This document shows positions 37,141-50,684 of a stretch of 64,000 nt of DNA, in pieces (positions within the stretch are counted from its first letter, which is position 1; the number at the start of each line of letters is the position of its first letter). The translations under genes were made by a program, and so were the position numbers. The stretch covers positions 19,530,001-19,594,000 of the forward strand of contig NC_043010.1 of NCBI RefSeq assembly GCF_006345805.1. Direction: 5' to 3'. The notes under the pieces are model-generated. The model saw nothing but the letters and a program-made list of their open reading frames with translations. It was not told where the DNA came from and ran no database searches. The stretch comes from Octopus sinensis (taxonomy: Eukaryota).

Positions 37141-39933
37141 TATATACCTTGTTTAGTCATGTGTTATAATGTGCGAAATTTAATGCAAAATGTCAGGATC
37201 AAAATTGTAAGGTAACATTATCTTGGGATGTAAGAAAAAAAAAATAGGGGTCTAAACTATATATCTATATATTGCTGATTTTTTTTTTAGTTGTTTTAGA
37301 AAACAAAACTGAATGTCTTTATATTAGAAAAGACACTGTATTCCAGTAAAAACGGTCCCCGTGAACACAATACGCGTATAATGCGCAGTCTTAATTTGAA
37401 GGGAAAATTTTTTTGCATAAAATATATTCCGAAGATACTAAAAGCTCTGTTGCAGGGCAGTTTTATAGGATGAGTTTTTACAATAACAAAAACAAACATG
37501 CGCATTAAATACCGTAAACTAATTACCCCATCCCCCTCATACACACACTCTCTCTCTCTCTCTCTCTCTATTATACACACACACATACTCTCTCTCTCTC
37601 TATTACACACACACTCTCTCTCTCTCATACACACACTCTCTCTCTCTCTCATACACACTCTCTCTCTCTCTCTCTGTCATACATATACACACATACTCTC
37701 TCTCTCATACACATAGACTCTCTCTCTCTCTCCCTCATACACATACATACATACACATGCACTCTCTCACTCTCATTCACATACATTCTCTCACTCTCTT
37801 TCTCTCATACATACTCTCTCCCTCTGTTATAACCACGTAAATGTTAAGATAAAGGCACACGGATCTTCTCTATCTCTTCCCGTTCTTTCACTCTTTCTCA
37901 TACTCTCCCCTCAGTCGCTCTTTCTCCCCCCTCTCTCCTTCAGAAATAACTCCTTCACAGTCGTAATGCGCAATAAATAATCCCTTCTACTTTCCAAATA
38001 TCTTATTTCTCTACGAGAGTCTATCAGCCCTGCACAAACCTCTCTGTCTCTTATCCTCACCCCACACGCTTGCGCGCGCACACACACGTCTTTTATCTTT
38101 TACTTGCTTCAGTCCTTATTAGATTGCGGCCATGCTGGGGCACCGCTATGAAGAATTTTTAGTCGAATGAATTGATCGCAGTACATTTGTTTCAAGCCCG
38201 CAACTTATGAACACCACACAATCTCTTTTGTCGAACTGCTAAGTAACGTGGGCGTAAACAGACCGACCTTTGTTGTCAAGCAATGGGGTGGCGGGGTTAC
38301 AAAGACACACAGATCATCATCATTTAACGTCCGCTTTCCATGCTGGCATGGGTTGGACGGTTTGACTGAAGACTGGCAAGCCAGGAGGCTGCACCAGGCT
38401 CAAGGATTCTTTCAGTTCCCATCTATCAAACCCACTGACAAGGCTTTGGTGGGCCCGAGGCTATAGTAGAAGACAGGTGCCACACAGTGGGACCGAACTC
38501 AGAACCATGTGGCTGAAAAGGAAACTTCTTACCACAGAGCCACGTCTGTGTCTGTGCAAATGTTTCAATATAATTATGTTAAACATTAATGTAGAAGAAC
38601 TAAATTAAATTAACACGTACATACCTGGCTATGCACGTAAAATACACGAAGAAGTACAGACCATCATCATCATTTAACGTCTGCTTTCCATGCTGGCATG
38701 GGTTGGATGGTTTGATAGGAGCCTGCGCCAGAGTTTTGTGACTGTTTTGGCAGGGTTTTTACAGCTGGATGCCCCTCCTAACACCAACCACCCAGCCGAG
38801 TGGATATCAATATTGAAATTAAGTGAAGGGTAAGGAAAAAATAAAAGCATTGTAATCGTTGGTCAGGATCAACAACAGCATAACGAAGTCGACCATTTTG
38901 TCTTACAAGTACAATCTCTTTGATAGGCTTCCACAAACTTCCTGTTGAACCATTTTTAGTTAGAATGTTTGGCTGTGGTAAAGATACCAAAAATGACACC
39001 CACTGTCTTGAAAAGGAAAAAGGCATTGATTGATTGTGATCTGGAGTTCCCTATACACAGTGGGGCAGGAAGACAGGAAGGTCCTGGCGAGAATGTCTTT
39101 GATCATGGGTCTGTTTGACCAGGTCAGACCTAGGGCTAAGCAACAACAGTAATAATAAAACTGTTTTTAAAATAATGTCCTCAAGAAGCTGTTTGGAAAT
39201 AAGACAGGCTGGTCATGGCTGGAATGCCTTTGATTAGAGCTGGCCTTGGGCTAAACAATAAGATACATCAAGGATGAAACTAACGTGACTTCCATATTTA
39301 TATAGTTTTGTGTGTGTGTGTATGAGACTGTGTATGTAACTTTGTGGAACTGTATGCATACGTAACACAGTTCTTATTTACAAGTCCCTATTGAGTGAGA
39401 GAGCAGTGGGGTAAAATATACGAAGTCCAGTATACCCATCATGATTACCCGTCTGATAAGGATACACCAGGCACATGCATCACAACCAAATGTGCACGAC
39501 ATGGTGATCTAGTATCAAGATAAACAGCGCATGACCTTGCAGGTGGGGCCCAGTTAGAATTTTCTTCTGATCGAGTAACCCATCCCACTCAAAAGGTCCC
39601 TGAATTAGGGTTGTTTAAGGATGTTGAATGAAACACCCATGTTTCCAAAGGTGAATTATTCAAACCCCAAACAATCCCTCTCAACACATGGCTATGATGC
39701 TCCCCCACTATTTCTGCTCATGATCAGAGATGCACATATCGTCAGCCACTAAGGGACATGCTCAACTGGTTTAAGGTCAAACAACTGACAAGCAAATCTG
39801 TGGTATTGAGCAGAATATTTGCTGTAGCCCATCTTTTATACCAAGGCAAAACAATGTACATGATAACACTTCCAATCAGTTAAGATCAGAAGCCATGAGA
39901 GCCACTGCCTGGTACTGCATCAGAGCATTATCA

Positions 39934-39979
<46 letters not shown>

Positions 39980-41684
39980 GGTAGTGAACTGGCGGAATCG
40001 TTAGGGTGTCAAGCAAAATGTTTAATGTCATTTCTCCCAACTTTTTACATTTTGAGTTCAAATTCCTCCAAGGCTGACTCTGCCTTTCATTTTTATGGGA
40101 CCGATAAAATAAGTGCCATTGGATCACTAGGGGTCAATATAATCAACATCTCCCACCCCACAAAAACTGCTGGCTCTGTACCAAAATTTGAAACCATTAT
40201 TATTATTATTATTATTATCATGATTGTTATTATTATTATTAAGGTGGCAGTGAGCTGGCAGAATCATTAGCAGACTGGATGAAATGCTTGGCAGTATTTT
40301 GTCTGCTGCAAACCTTCTAAGTCCAAAGTTTGCTGATGTCAACACTGCCTTTCATCCTTTCGGGGTTGATAAATTAAGTACCAGTTGAACACTGGGGTTG
40401 ATGTAATCAACTCATCCCCACCTCCCCACAAGCTGCCCCTGTGGCAAAAATTTGAAATAATGATAATAATTATTATTGTTTTTATTATTATTAAGGCAGT
40501 GAGCCAGCAGAATCGTTAGCACTCTGGATGAAATTGCTTAACGTTGTTTCATCCATGTTTGCGCTCTGTGTTCTAATTCCACTGTGGTCAACTTTGCCTT
40601 TCATCCTTTCGGGGTAAATGAATTAAGTACCAGTCAAGTGCCGGGGTCACTGTAATTGACTTAACCCCTCCCCACAAATTTCAATGCCTTGTGCCTATTG
40701 TAGAAAGGATTATTATTTAATCAAAAACTGAGTGTTTAGCTTTATTTCTCACAATTTCCCACTTGCAAGATCAATTAAATCTTCCCATTATTTTGGATTT
40801 GATGTCTTTTAAGCTGACACTTTAGGGTCACTGTTCCTTATTGGAATCACTGAGGGGTTTATGCTTCCATCTACCCTGATTAACATTAAGACTTTTATCA
40901 ACCCCAGAAGGCCAACAGACAAGTTTACCTTGATAGGATTTGAACTCAGAATGTAAATGGTTAAGCTAAATACCATAGGTAGTTTGCCTGATGTTATACT
41001 GAATCTGCTAATCCTCTGCCCTTATTCTATGTTATTCCTTCCCTTTAATCTCTGATTAACCTTTCTGTTCTCTCCCCACCACTTTCTCATCTAGTTCACA
41101 GTTCAATATTCAGCTTACAAGAAAAGGGTGGCAACCATCTATGCCAAATCACACAGGCACCCCACCACACACACGCAATATGTGTGTATTGCTTACATTA
41201 TAAGAAATTTCTATTATTTTCGAAACTACGTGACACACAAATCGCCTCCTCAGTGGAATTTGAAGGAAACAAATCCACAAATAATCCTTCCTGCTGTAGG
41301 CACAAAGCCTAAAATTTTGCAGGAGGTGTTAAGTTGATTACACTGACCCCAGTACTTGACTGGTACTCACTTCATCATCCCTTAAAGAATAAAAAATGCA
41401 GTCAACCTCGGTGGAATTTGAACTCAGAATGTGTAGAGGGACGGAATGTTTTGGGGAGTTGTATCTGGCATACTGTTGATTTTGTCAACTTGCTGCCTTT
41501 ATATAAAGCCACAAATAATAGCATATAGAGTGTAGAGCTAAAAAACCCTTGGATGGGTGTATATATTCGCGTTGTTGTGTTTTCTCTTTGTGTTTTCATG
41601 TTTGGATTAACTATATATATATACACACACATACATACATATATATAAAATTTAATGTTTCTCTCCATTTTTGCTCCCTGATAG

Positions 41685-41906
41685 ATTGAAGAACTGAAGA
41701 CCAAAGAAAAACACATTGCTCAACTGGAACAAGACCTCGGTCACCAGTCTGGATACATGATGCAACTAGAGAAGAAAATTTCTTCTCAGGACAAAGGTCC
41801 AAATCCATCGTCACCAGGTGGAGCCACCACACCAAGCAAACCAACAAGCACAGCGCATAACTACAGCCCTAGCAAAGACTCTGATGGGAACCAACAAACA
41901 AACTTG
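41685..41906 (+). CDS. Internal coding exon, coiled-coil then Ser/Pro/Thr-rich linker (IEELKTKEKHIAQLEQDLGHQSGYMMQLEKKISSQ...GNQQTNL, 74 aa)
   Basis: Pyrimidine tract + tag| acceptor, 222 nt open in frame 0, TTG|gtaagt donor; non-repetitive, protein-like composition. Confidence 0.8.
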
Positions 41907-43153
41907 GTAAGTACTGCTCAAGTTTCCATTTTCCTTTTTCTTTCTCGTCACGTGGGCCCCAATGTTGTAGCATCATCATCATCACCATCATCCAACAACT
42001 CCTGATGGTGTCACTGCTGCCTGAAGTTGCTCATCTCATCTCTCTCTCTCTCTTACTCTCTTTCTCTCTCTCTCTTACTCGCTCTCTCTCTTTCTCTCAT
42101 TTGTGTATCTATGTGTATATATACACATCTGCTTGTTCTCTCCACCTCTCTTCTAATTCTACACACTTGCTGTCATTACACCTGTTGTACTGCCCTATTT
42201 TTGTCTTGGAACAGTGCCAGAAACAACGGATGGAAGAGAACTGGCAGATATTTCTAATTTTCTGCTAGCAGAGAAAAAAAATATTATCTTAGACGACAAC
42301 AGAGATGTTGATGACGACAATCAAGATGATAGTGTGCGTGTGTGTATGTAAATATTCTGGAAATTTGCCAAAAAAGTTAAGAGTAACATGAGTTGTGGAA
42401 CCTACTTTCTGCCTCTAAACTTCAATAACTTTATGATGACCTATATAAAGCTAAATTAATTAATTATCTAATTATCTCTGGGGTTTTTTTTCTAAAGTTT
42501 CTCATTTGCTTAATTACCAATTAAACTACACACAAGATTAAACAATTATTTGCTTTTAGCAATGGGTTGCTAATCCTAATCAATGTAGATTAAGAGTGGA
42601 TTATCTAAGAGGATAATGTTAAAAGCTAATAGTTAGTTGGTGTTGCCTTTATCTGGTCCACATGTTTACTTTGGCTCTGTTCTCTGTCAGCTGTAATTGT
42701 GTTCGACTGAGGATTTGATCCCTGCTCTCCAAATCACCAAACCACATGACCAATTTCAGTTATTTTGTCACTCCATCACTCGGTTATTTCCTCTGTCCCT
42801 CCACCTTCATTGACCCTAGTTCTGCTTACTGTTTCGGTAAGCAGTCGGTGGGTGGATTAGTGTTCTGTATATCAAAACTATATAGAAAATCACCTTCAGC
42901 TGAGACCTAGGCAATTATTCCAAGTCTGGTTCACTCGGCTGTTTGTGGTTATCCCTCTTATTCCAGCTGTGTCAGGCTTCATCGTGTTGAATCCGTTAGT
43001 TCTAACCAATATTTGACAAAGTTGATAAATCATTAAATATTTATTCAAAGTTGTCTGAAAGTCAATGCTACTGTTTCAACTGTCCGTCACCAAAGGATTA
43101 TCTATTCCCATTCATTCTGTCACTTGCTGTTCACCTCACTTCCACAAACACCT

Positions 43154-43191
<38 letters not shown>

Positions 43192-45986
43192 AATCGTGAA
43201 GTCCAAAGATATGGCACCACTCTATGGAAACGAGTTTTACAAGTTACATTGTATAAATTCTGGATGTTGTTCACATTTTTGTCTTGGTGAAGTTGTCTAT
43301 GGACCTTCTGTTGATCACATACTCACATTTATCAAGGTATGTCTCTCTCTCTATCTCTCTCTCTTTCTCTCTCTCTCTATCTCTCTCTCTTTCTATCTCT
43401 CTCTCTCTATCTCTATCTATCTCTCTCTCTCTCTCTCATTGATTTTTGATCTTTTTTACCTCTAATTACCTCGAGTTGTTTCAGTTCACACTTGTTTTAC
43501 CTGTGAAAGGTATACTTCACTTCTTAATTTACAATTAGACCGATTCTTATTAGCAACCTCGCCTTAACACCTTGTTGTAGGATTTTCAAAAGGTTTACTA
43601 AGAGCAGACATGGAACTTTTGATAAACTAAATAACATTCTACACAATGGAATAGTTCAGTTGTTAACCCTTCAGCATTTAGACCATATCCAGTCCAAATA
43701 TTCTACCTGTTTTATGTTCAAACCTGCTGGGTCTGGCCTCTCACACCTGTCCTACCATGTCATTCTAAAAATAATCAAGTATAATCATTGAAATCTCAAA
43801 GCTATGAGATAATCCATGATTAACTCAAAGCAACGTGAATAATAACCGGTACTCCGTTGGTTATGTCAGTGAGTGTTCCAGTTGATCCGATCGATGGAAC
43901 TGCCTGCTTGTGATATTTTGCATACACCTGGCTGATTACTCCGCAGACATGCATACACTTAATGTACTTGTCAAGGAGATTCGACTTGACACAGACTGTG
44001 TCAAGGCTGGGTCTTTGAATAAAGTGTATAACTTATTTTTGCCTGCTGAGTGGAGCAACATCATCATCATCATCATCGTTTAACGTCCACTTTCCATGCT
44101 AGCATGGGATGGACGGTTCGACTGGGGTCTGGGAAGCCAGAAGGCTGCACCAGGCCCAGTCTGGTCTGGCAGTGTTTCTACAGCTGGATGCCCTTCCTAA
44201 CGCCAACCACTCCGTGCTTCTTATGTGCCACCAGCACAGGTGCCAGGCAAGGCGGGTAACGGCCACGATCGGTTGGTGCTTTTTACATGCCACTGACATG
44301 GAGGCCAGTCAAGGTGGCGCTGGCAACGGCCACGTTTGGATGGTTCTTTTACGTGCCACTGGCACTGGTATCACAACTACAATTTCCATTGATTTTTTAT
44401 CGATTTCGATTTCACTTGCCTCAACATGAAATATAAAGTCTTGCTCAAGGCCCAGCTTGCTGCCAGGATTTGAACTCAAGACCTCACAATCATAAGATGA
44501 ATACTCTAGCCATTAAGCCATGTGCCTTCCCCATGTGAATAAATAAGCGTTATGTTTGACAGGGTAATCTGAGTTCTAAAGGGTTAAAGTTATTCTTTGA
44601 AAATTAAATGGTTGTTTAGTTTCCTAGGACTGGCTGACATCTGACTACCTCCTCTTCCTCATTGTTTTCTATCTGTAAGTTTTGTTCATCTGCAATATTT
44701 AGAATTCAATCTAAACAAACGGTAGAAATAAATCTTTGAATTCAACTTGTTTGTTGGTTGGTTGAAAAGAAGGTTTCTCTTAAGCTGTGTTTGTAAAGAA
44801 AAAAATAGTGATATATTTGAAAGATGTATGGCAATTTCTAGAAAATCTCAGAGAAGGCATGGCTGTGTCATAAGAAGTTTGCTTCCCAACTACATGGCTC
44901 TGAGTTCAGTCCCACTGCATGTAGCCCTGGGCTGACCAAAGCCTTGTGAGTTGATTTTGTGTTGCTGACCTCGAAAAGTTTACTTTTTATTCTAAGACAC
45001 GAGGGAAATGGTCAGTCAAATATCAGCCGGTACCAAAGATGTTAAATACATTTATTCTATTATTGTTATTATTATTATTATTATTATTATATATTGTAAT
45101 TTGTGAAAATAGTGTCAGTGGTTACTGGTTTCCAATAGATCAATCACTGGTTATAAATTTCCAACAGCTCAATCACTGAGTGAAGAACGAAATGGGTGTT
45201 GGAGTTTTAGGAATTATCTTTTGTGGGGGGGAGCCAAGCCATTGCAGCACCATGGCTGTTGCTGGTTTAAGCTGTGTGAAGACCTCTTTATGTTTTGACA
45301 ACAAGATTGATTTATTACTTCCAAGGGGAAGTCTGTGAATAGAATCCCTGTTTCATGGTCTTCAAGTAAGAACTGCTCCCTATTTTCCTTGTTTTGATAG
45401 ATTCAGGTCATTGTTGATCAAACAGGACCGTAAAATCAAAAGCATTCCAGCCATGATTACCTTTTTGCAATAATCTTATCTAATGTGTCCTTCGTTTCAT
45501 AAGGCAGTATGTGGTTTGATAGATTAGTTTCTATTTTAAGCAGACTACATAGACTTTCTTGTTAGTTGGTCTCAATCCAAACAATTCTCTCTCTCTTGGA
45601 GAGGCACAAGCACCTACACATACATATACACACACGGCAGTAACTTCTGCCTACCAAATTCAATCACAAAGCTTCAGTCAGCCCAGGGCTATAGCAGAAG
45701 ACACTTGCCCATAGTGCCACACGATGGGACTGAACCCGAAACCATGTAGCTGGGAAGCAAGCTTCCTAATCACTCAGCCATGCCCATTTGAATATTTCTT
45801 ACTTAGAATATAAAATGTCTTAAATACCAAAATACAATACTTGTAAATATAAGGCACTGAAATCCAAGTCACTTTCTTATAAACTTAACACTTGTTTTAG
45901 CTTTTGTATATGATGGCCTCTGTCTGTGTGTCTGTGTGTTGTTCTACACATTTTATTGACCAAGTTGATGTGTTTTTCTATTTCAG

Positions 45987-46148
45987 AAAGAGAACAGCAG
46001 TTGCCAAAACAGTAAAAACAAAGTGCCCGGTTACCTGGCAAGGAAGAGTGACAAAGAAAACTCCACCTTCCTTGCACAGATCCGCAGTCTACAGCAAAAG
46101 ATCTCTGAACAGTATAAAACCATCAATGCTCTCAGACAAGCATGTTCC
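45987..46148 (+). CDS. Internal coding exon, coiled-coil (KENSSCQNSKNK...FLAQIRSLQQKISEQYKTINALRQACS, 54 aa)
   Basis: ttttctatttcag| acceptor, 162 nt open, TCC|gtaagt donor; phase 0-0, compatible with the 41685-41906 exon. Confidence 0.8.
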
Positions 46149-46792
46149 GTAAGTAACAACCTACCATTTGGACTGGCCCAAATGTTCTTTACCTTTTTAT
46201 GTTCAAACTAGTCGGGTCCAGCCTCTCTCATCAACCTCACAATATCATTCTAAAAATAAACATCTACGACATTAAAATCTCAAGCTGCAAGATAATTCAG
46301 GAATAATTCAAAACAATCATCATCATCATCATCGTTGTTTAACGCCTGTTTTCCATGCTGGCATGGGTTGGACGGTTTGACTGAGGGCTGGCGAGCCAGA
46401 AGGCCGTACCAGGCTCCAATCCGATCTGGCAATGTTTATACAGCTGGATGCCCTTCCTATAATCAACCACTCTGTGAGTGTAGTGGGTGCTTTTTACATG
46501 CCACCAGCACGTGGGCCAGTCGGGCAGTACTGGCATCGGCCATGCTTGAATGCTGCTTTTTACATGACACCAGCATAAGAGCCAGTCAAGCAGTGAATAA
46601 ATAATCATTGCATTTGAGTGAGGAATCTGAATGCTAAAGGGTTATTGTTTTGAAGGGCAGGTTGTGCAGATGCATTTTGCTGTGTTGGAATGTGCATCTG
46701 TGTGTGTGTTTTGGGGCTTTATATATCCAAATGTTTTTTTTTGTTGGTTTATTTCTTTTTCAAAAATGCTGTGTATAATTAGTCAATTACAG

Positions 46793-46836
46793 AACAAGAC
46801 AGACCATGATAAAAGCCACAACTCTGTTGATGACAG
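46793..46836 (+). CDS. Candidate small exon (NKTDHDKSHNSVDD+2 nt)
   Basis: T-rich upstream, ttacag| acceptor in phase 0 (matches the previous donor), CAG|gtaaaa donor in phase 2. Confidence 0.4.
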
Positions 46837-47538
46837 GTAAAACTATTTCAGTTAGCTGTAATCATCAAAAAATATATCTAAATATATTTAACCATGAAAC
46901 TATAGATTTAGGCAGGTTCCACAGTGATGGTTGCAGAGGGAAGACTGTTGTCTTTATAACTAATAATGGTGAAGGGACATTCTACATTGGGATTCTTGTA
47001 GTAACAGTCTCTGTGCAAGTGGAATGGTAAGGTGACAATGGTAATTAGCTGAATTCCACTCTTGTTTATATATGTGGCCATAATGGTGGAAATTTTGATG
47101 AGTCTGGTTAAGACATCATGACCACCACCACTCAGCTCTCTTCAGTGGAAGACTTATTCCTACTTTAACAGAGGAAGTGGCATTGAAACATTTGTAGTAG
47201 AACGTGGTGTTGATAGTTTTTCTTGTTTTTTTTTTTATTATCTTAAGTCAGGAGGGAAATTGGCAACACTTGTGGCTCTTTACTGGGTCTCTGAAACCTG
47301 TTGGGGGAGGGCATTCTTGAACTAGAGGCCTGGCCTGGCCTGGACTTGATGCTTGCAACAGAGTGGATTCCTCCATTAAAGGGACTCAGGGTACATTCAT
47401 ATAAAGGTGTTTCAACTGGGTAACTGATTAACACCCAAATTGTACAGTTATCTCCTCTATCACCCAATATATATATATATATATATTAGTCCAACCCATG
47501 CTAGCATGGAAAGCAGACGTTAAATGATGATGGTGATC

Positions 47539-47582
<44 letters not shown>

Positions 47583-49021
47583 ATGGTTTTACTAAGATAA
47601 AGCTGGCATGCCTTCATCCCATTAGCAAAGTGAGAAGAGAAGCAAGCTGCTGCATAACCACCATGTACTTTACGTTTCTGTTCACCTCATCTTTCTAAAG
47701 GTGCACACAGACACTCTTGCTTATGTCACCTGCAGTCGACAGTTGTGATGAGGATGATGATGACGATGGCATGCAATAGTGATGGTTATTGTGAAAATAA
47801 TGATAATAGTTGTTGGTTGTTGGTGAAGGCTTATGGAGGCAATAGTTGTAAGAATGACGATGATGATGATTGTGGATTACAGAAATAATGACTCTGCTAA
47901 TGGTGATGATATTATGAAGAGAGCCATCCTAGACAGAGAGACAGACAGACAGGCAGACAAACAGAAAGAGTTCATCTGTAGACTTGCTGATAAAACTCTT
48001 CATCCAAATGTAAATGTCAATGAAACAGACATGTGAGTGAAGCTAAGACTAAGCTTTAGCTAAACTCTCTTTTGTATTATTATGGATATGTATATATATA
48101 TATGTATATGTGGATATATATATATATGTGTGTGTGTGTGTATACATGCATCATTTGCTATGTACGTGTATTGTAATGATTTAATTGTTTATCTTCTGAG
48201 ATTATGGAAGACTTAATACCTCTGGATAACTTGCTTTCTTACAACTTGTTAATCTCATTCATCATGTATTTGTCTGCTTTCCAACGGTTCAATCTCTGCT
48301 GTTTGATTTCACATGACCTATAGAGATATAGCTAGCTTACTGGATGAACAGACAGACAGAAAGGTAGATACCATCATCATCATCATTTAACATCCATTTC
48401 TCCCACGATTACAAGTCAGAGTTTATTGAAGCAAATTTCCTATGGTCAGATGCCCTTCCTGTCCACAGCCCATGCCTGGTTTAAAGGATGGTGATGTTTC
48501 CTCATGGCCTGGCATGTTTTTGCATAATATTGAAAATGAATAACATTCATTTACATCATCACACAGTGTCATGACAAGCTGACACAAACACACACACACA
48601 CACATATAGGAAATTACAATGATGAAGGAATAAGAAATTATCATGGACTTCATTAGCTTACATGCATTTCTTACAGCAGAAACAACTGTAAGCCAATGAA
48701 AGTCATGCTTATTCTTTTGTCTTTCTAATTTCTTACTACTGTTCTCTTGTTCTATACTCAACTGGTGCTTTCTTCTCAAGTACATGAATATTGAGTTCAG
48801 CCACCAGGTTATTAGGAGCGCAATGTCTAAGCGAAATAATAATATATATATATATAGGTACAGGAGTGGCTGTGTGGTAAGTAGCTTGCTTACCAACCAC
48901 ATGGTTCCTGGTTCAGTCCCACTGCATGGCACCTTGGGTAAGTGTCTTCTATTATAGCCTCAGGCTGACCAAAGCCTTGTGAGTGGATTTGGTAGATGAA
49001 AGCTGAAAGAAGCTCATTGTA

Positions 49022-49085
<64 letters not shown>

Positions 49086-49360
49086 CACACACATATGGTG
49101 GTGCATCAGCATGGCCGCAGCTATCAGCTGAAACTACAACAAAAAAAAACAACCATATATGTGCTTGTGTGTCAGTATTTGTCCACCCACTATTGCTTAA
49201 CAGCCAATGTTTGTGTGTTGCATCTGAGTAACTTAGCAGTTCAGCAAGAGACCAATAGAATAAGTACTAGGCTTACATACAATAAGTGCTGGGGTCGATT
49301 TGTTCGACTAAAGGCAGTGCTCCAGCATGGCTGCAGTCAAATGACTGAGACAAATAATAG

Positions 49361-49400
<40 letters not shown>

Positions 49401-49573
49401 ATGTAAATTATAGGTGCAGGAGTGGCTGTGTGGTAAGAAATTTGCTTCCCAACCACATGGTTTCAGGTTCAGTCCCTCTACATAGCACCTTGGGCAAGTG
49501 TCTTCTACTATAGTCCTAGGTTAACCAAAGCCTTGTGAGTGGATTTGGTAGGTGGAAACTAAAAAAAGTCTGT

Positions 49574-49612
<39 letters not shown>

Positions 49613-50113
49613 CTGTGTTTGTACCCCTACCATCGCTTGACAACCGATGTTGGTGTGTTTACGCCCCCGTATCTTAGCGGTTAGGCAAAAGAAGCCGATA
49701 GAATAAGTACTAGGCTTATAAAGAATAAGTCCTGGGGTCAATTTGTTTGACTAAAGGCGGTGCTCCATCATGGCCACAGACAAATGACATATATATATTT
49801 ATATATATATGTCGGTGGCACATAAAAAGCACCATCCGAGCGTGGCCGTCTGCCAGCCTCGTCTGGCACCTGTGTCGGTGGCACATAAAAACACCATCCG
49901 AGCGTGGCCATCTGCCAACCTCGTCTGGCACCTGTGTCGGTGGCACATAAAATCATCCACTACACTCTCGGAGTGGTTGGCGTTAGGAAGGGCATCCAGC
50001 TGTAGAAACACTGCCAGATCTGACTGGCCTGGTGCAGCCCTCGGGCTTGCCAGACCCCAGTTGAACCGTTCAACCCATGCTAGCATGGAAAGTGGACGTT
50101 AAACGATGATGAT

Positions 50114-50153
<40 letters not shown>

Positions 50154-50312
50154 TTCGATTGGAGGTTGTGTTAACCTCATGAAGGGACGGTTTCATCCTT
50201 AAAATAATAGGCATATATATATAACCATATAGTTTATATTCTTGTAAAAGCAGGAAATGTAAATGTAGATTGGGAAATTAATAATTGTTTATTTACAGCA
50301 AATTGATCATCA

Positions 50313-50387
50313 TCCCTTACAGCTGTTTCGATTAATACTCAGTAAATATTAAATTCATATAACCTGAGCATAATGTCTTCAGAAGGG
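50313..50387 (-). ncRNA. Type I hammerhead motif in Penelope-like LTR
   Basis: Minus strand: CCCUU-CUGAAGA-cAUUAUGCUCAG...CUGAGUAUUAAUc-GAAA-CAGCUG-UA|AGGG. The 10.1-11.1 pair is C.C (mutated). An inverted 5'-truncated copy lies on + at ~50455-50570. Confidence 0.6.
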
Positions 50388-50684
50388 AAAAGATATACCC
50401 TTGGGTGTTTTATAAGTGTTTATGAATTCATTACAGCAGACTGAATAATACAGTTTATGAATTTGATATTTACTGAGTATTAATTCAAAAAGCTGTAAGG
50501 AGGATGATGATTTGCTGTTAATAACAAACAATCATTAATTTCCCAATCTCCATTTACTTTTTCTTCTTATATATATATATATATATAACGGGAGGCTTTA
50601 TGAAAATAAATAAAAGACGAAGGCAGGTGGAATACAAACAAACAATTGTATTAGTATGGCGCTCAGGAATATAAATAAAACAAG

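Noticed and set aside
42822-42844. Hairpin CTGCTTAC-TGTTTCG-GTAAGCAG containing a GAAAC on the minus strand
   Set aside because: Only an 8-bp stem and no CUGANGA core.
48423-48932. 169-aa minus ORF, and + microexon candidate 48781-48807 (YMNIEFSHQ)
   Set aside because: The ORF starts in a SINE head and crosses a Penelope-like tail; the pyrimidine tract is repeat-derived and the donor is weak.
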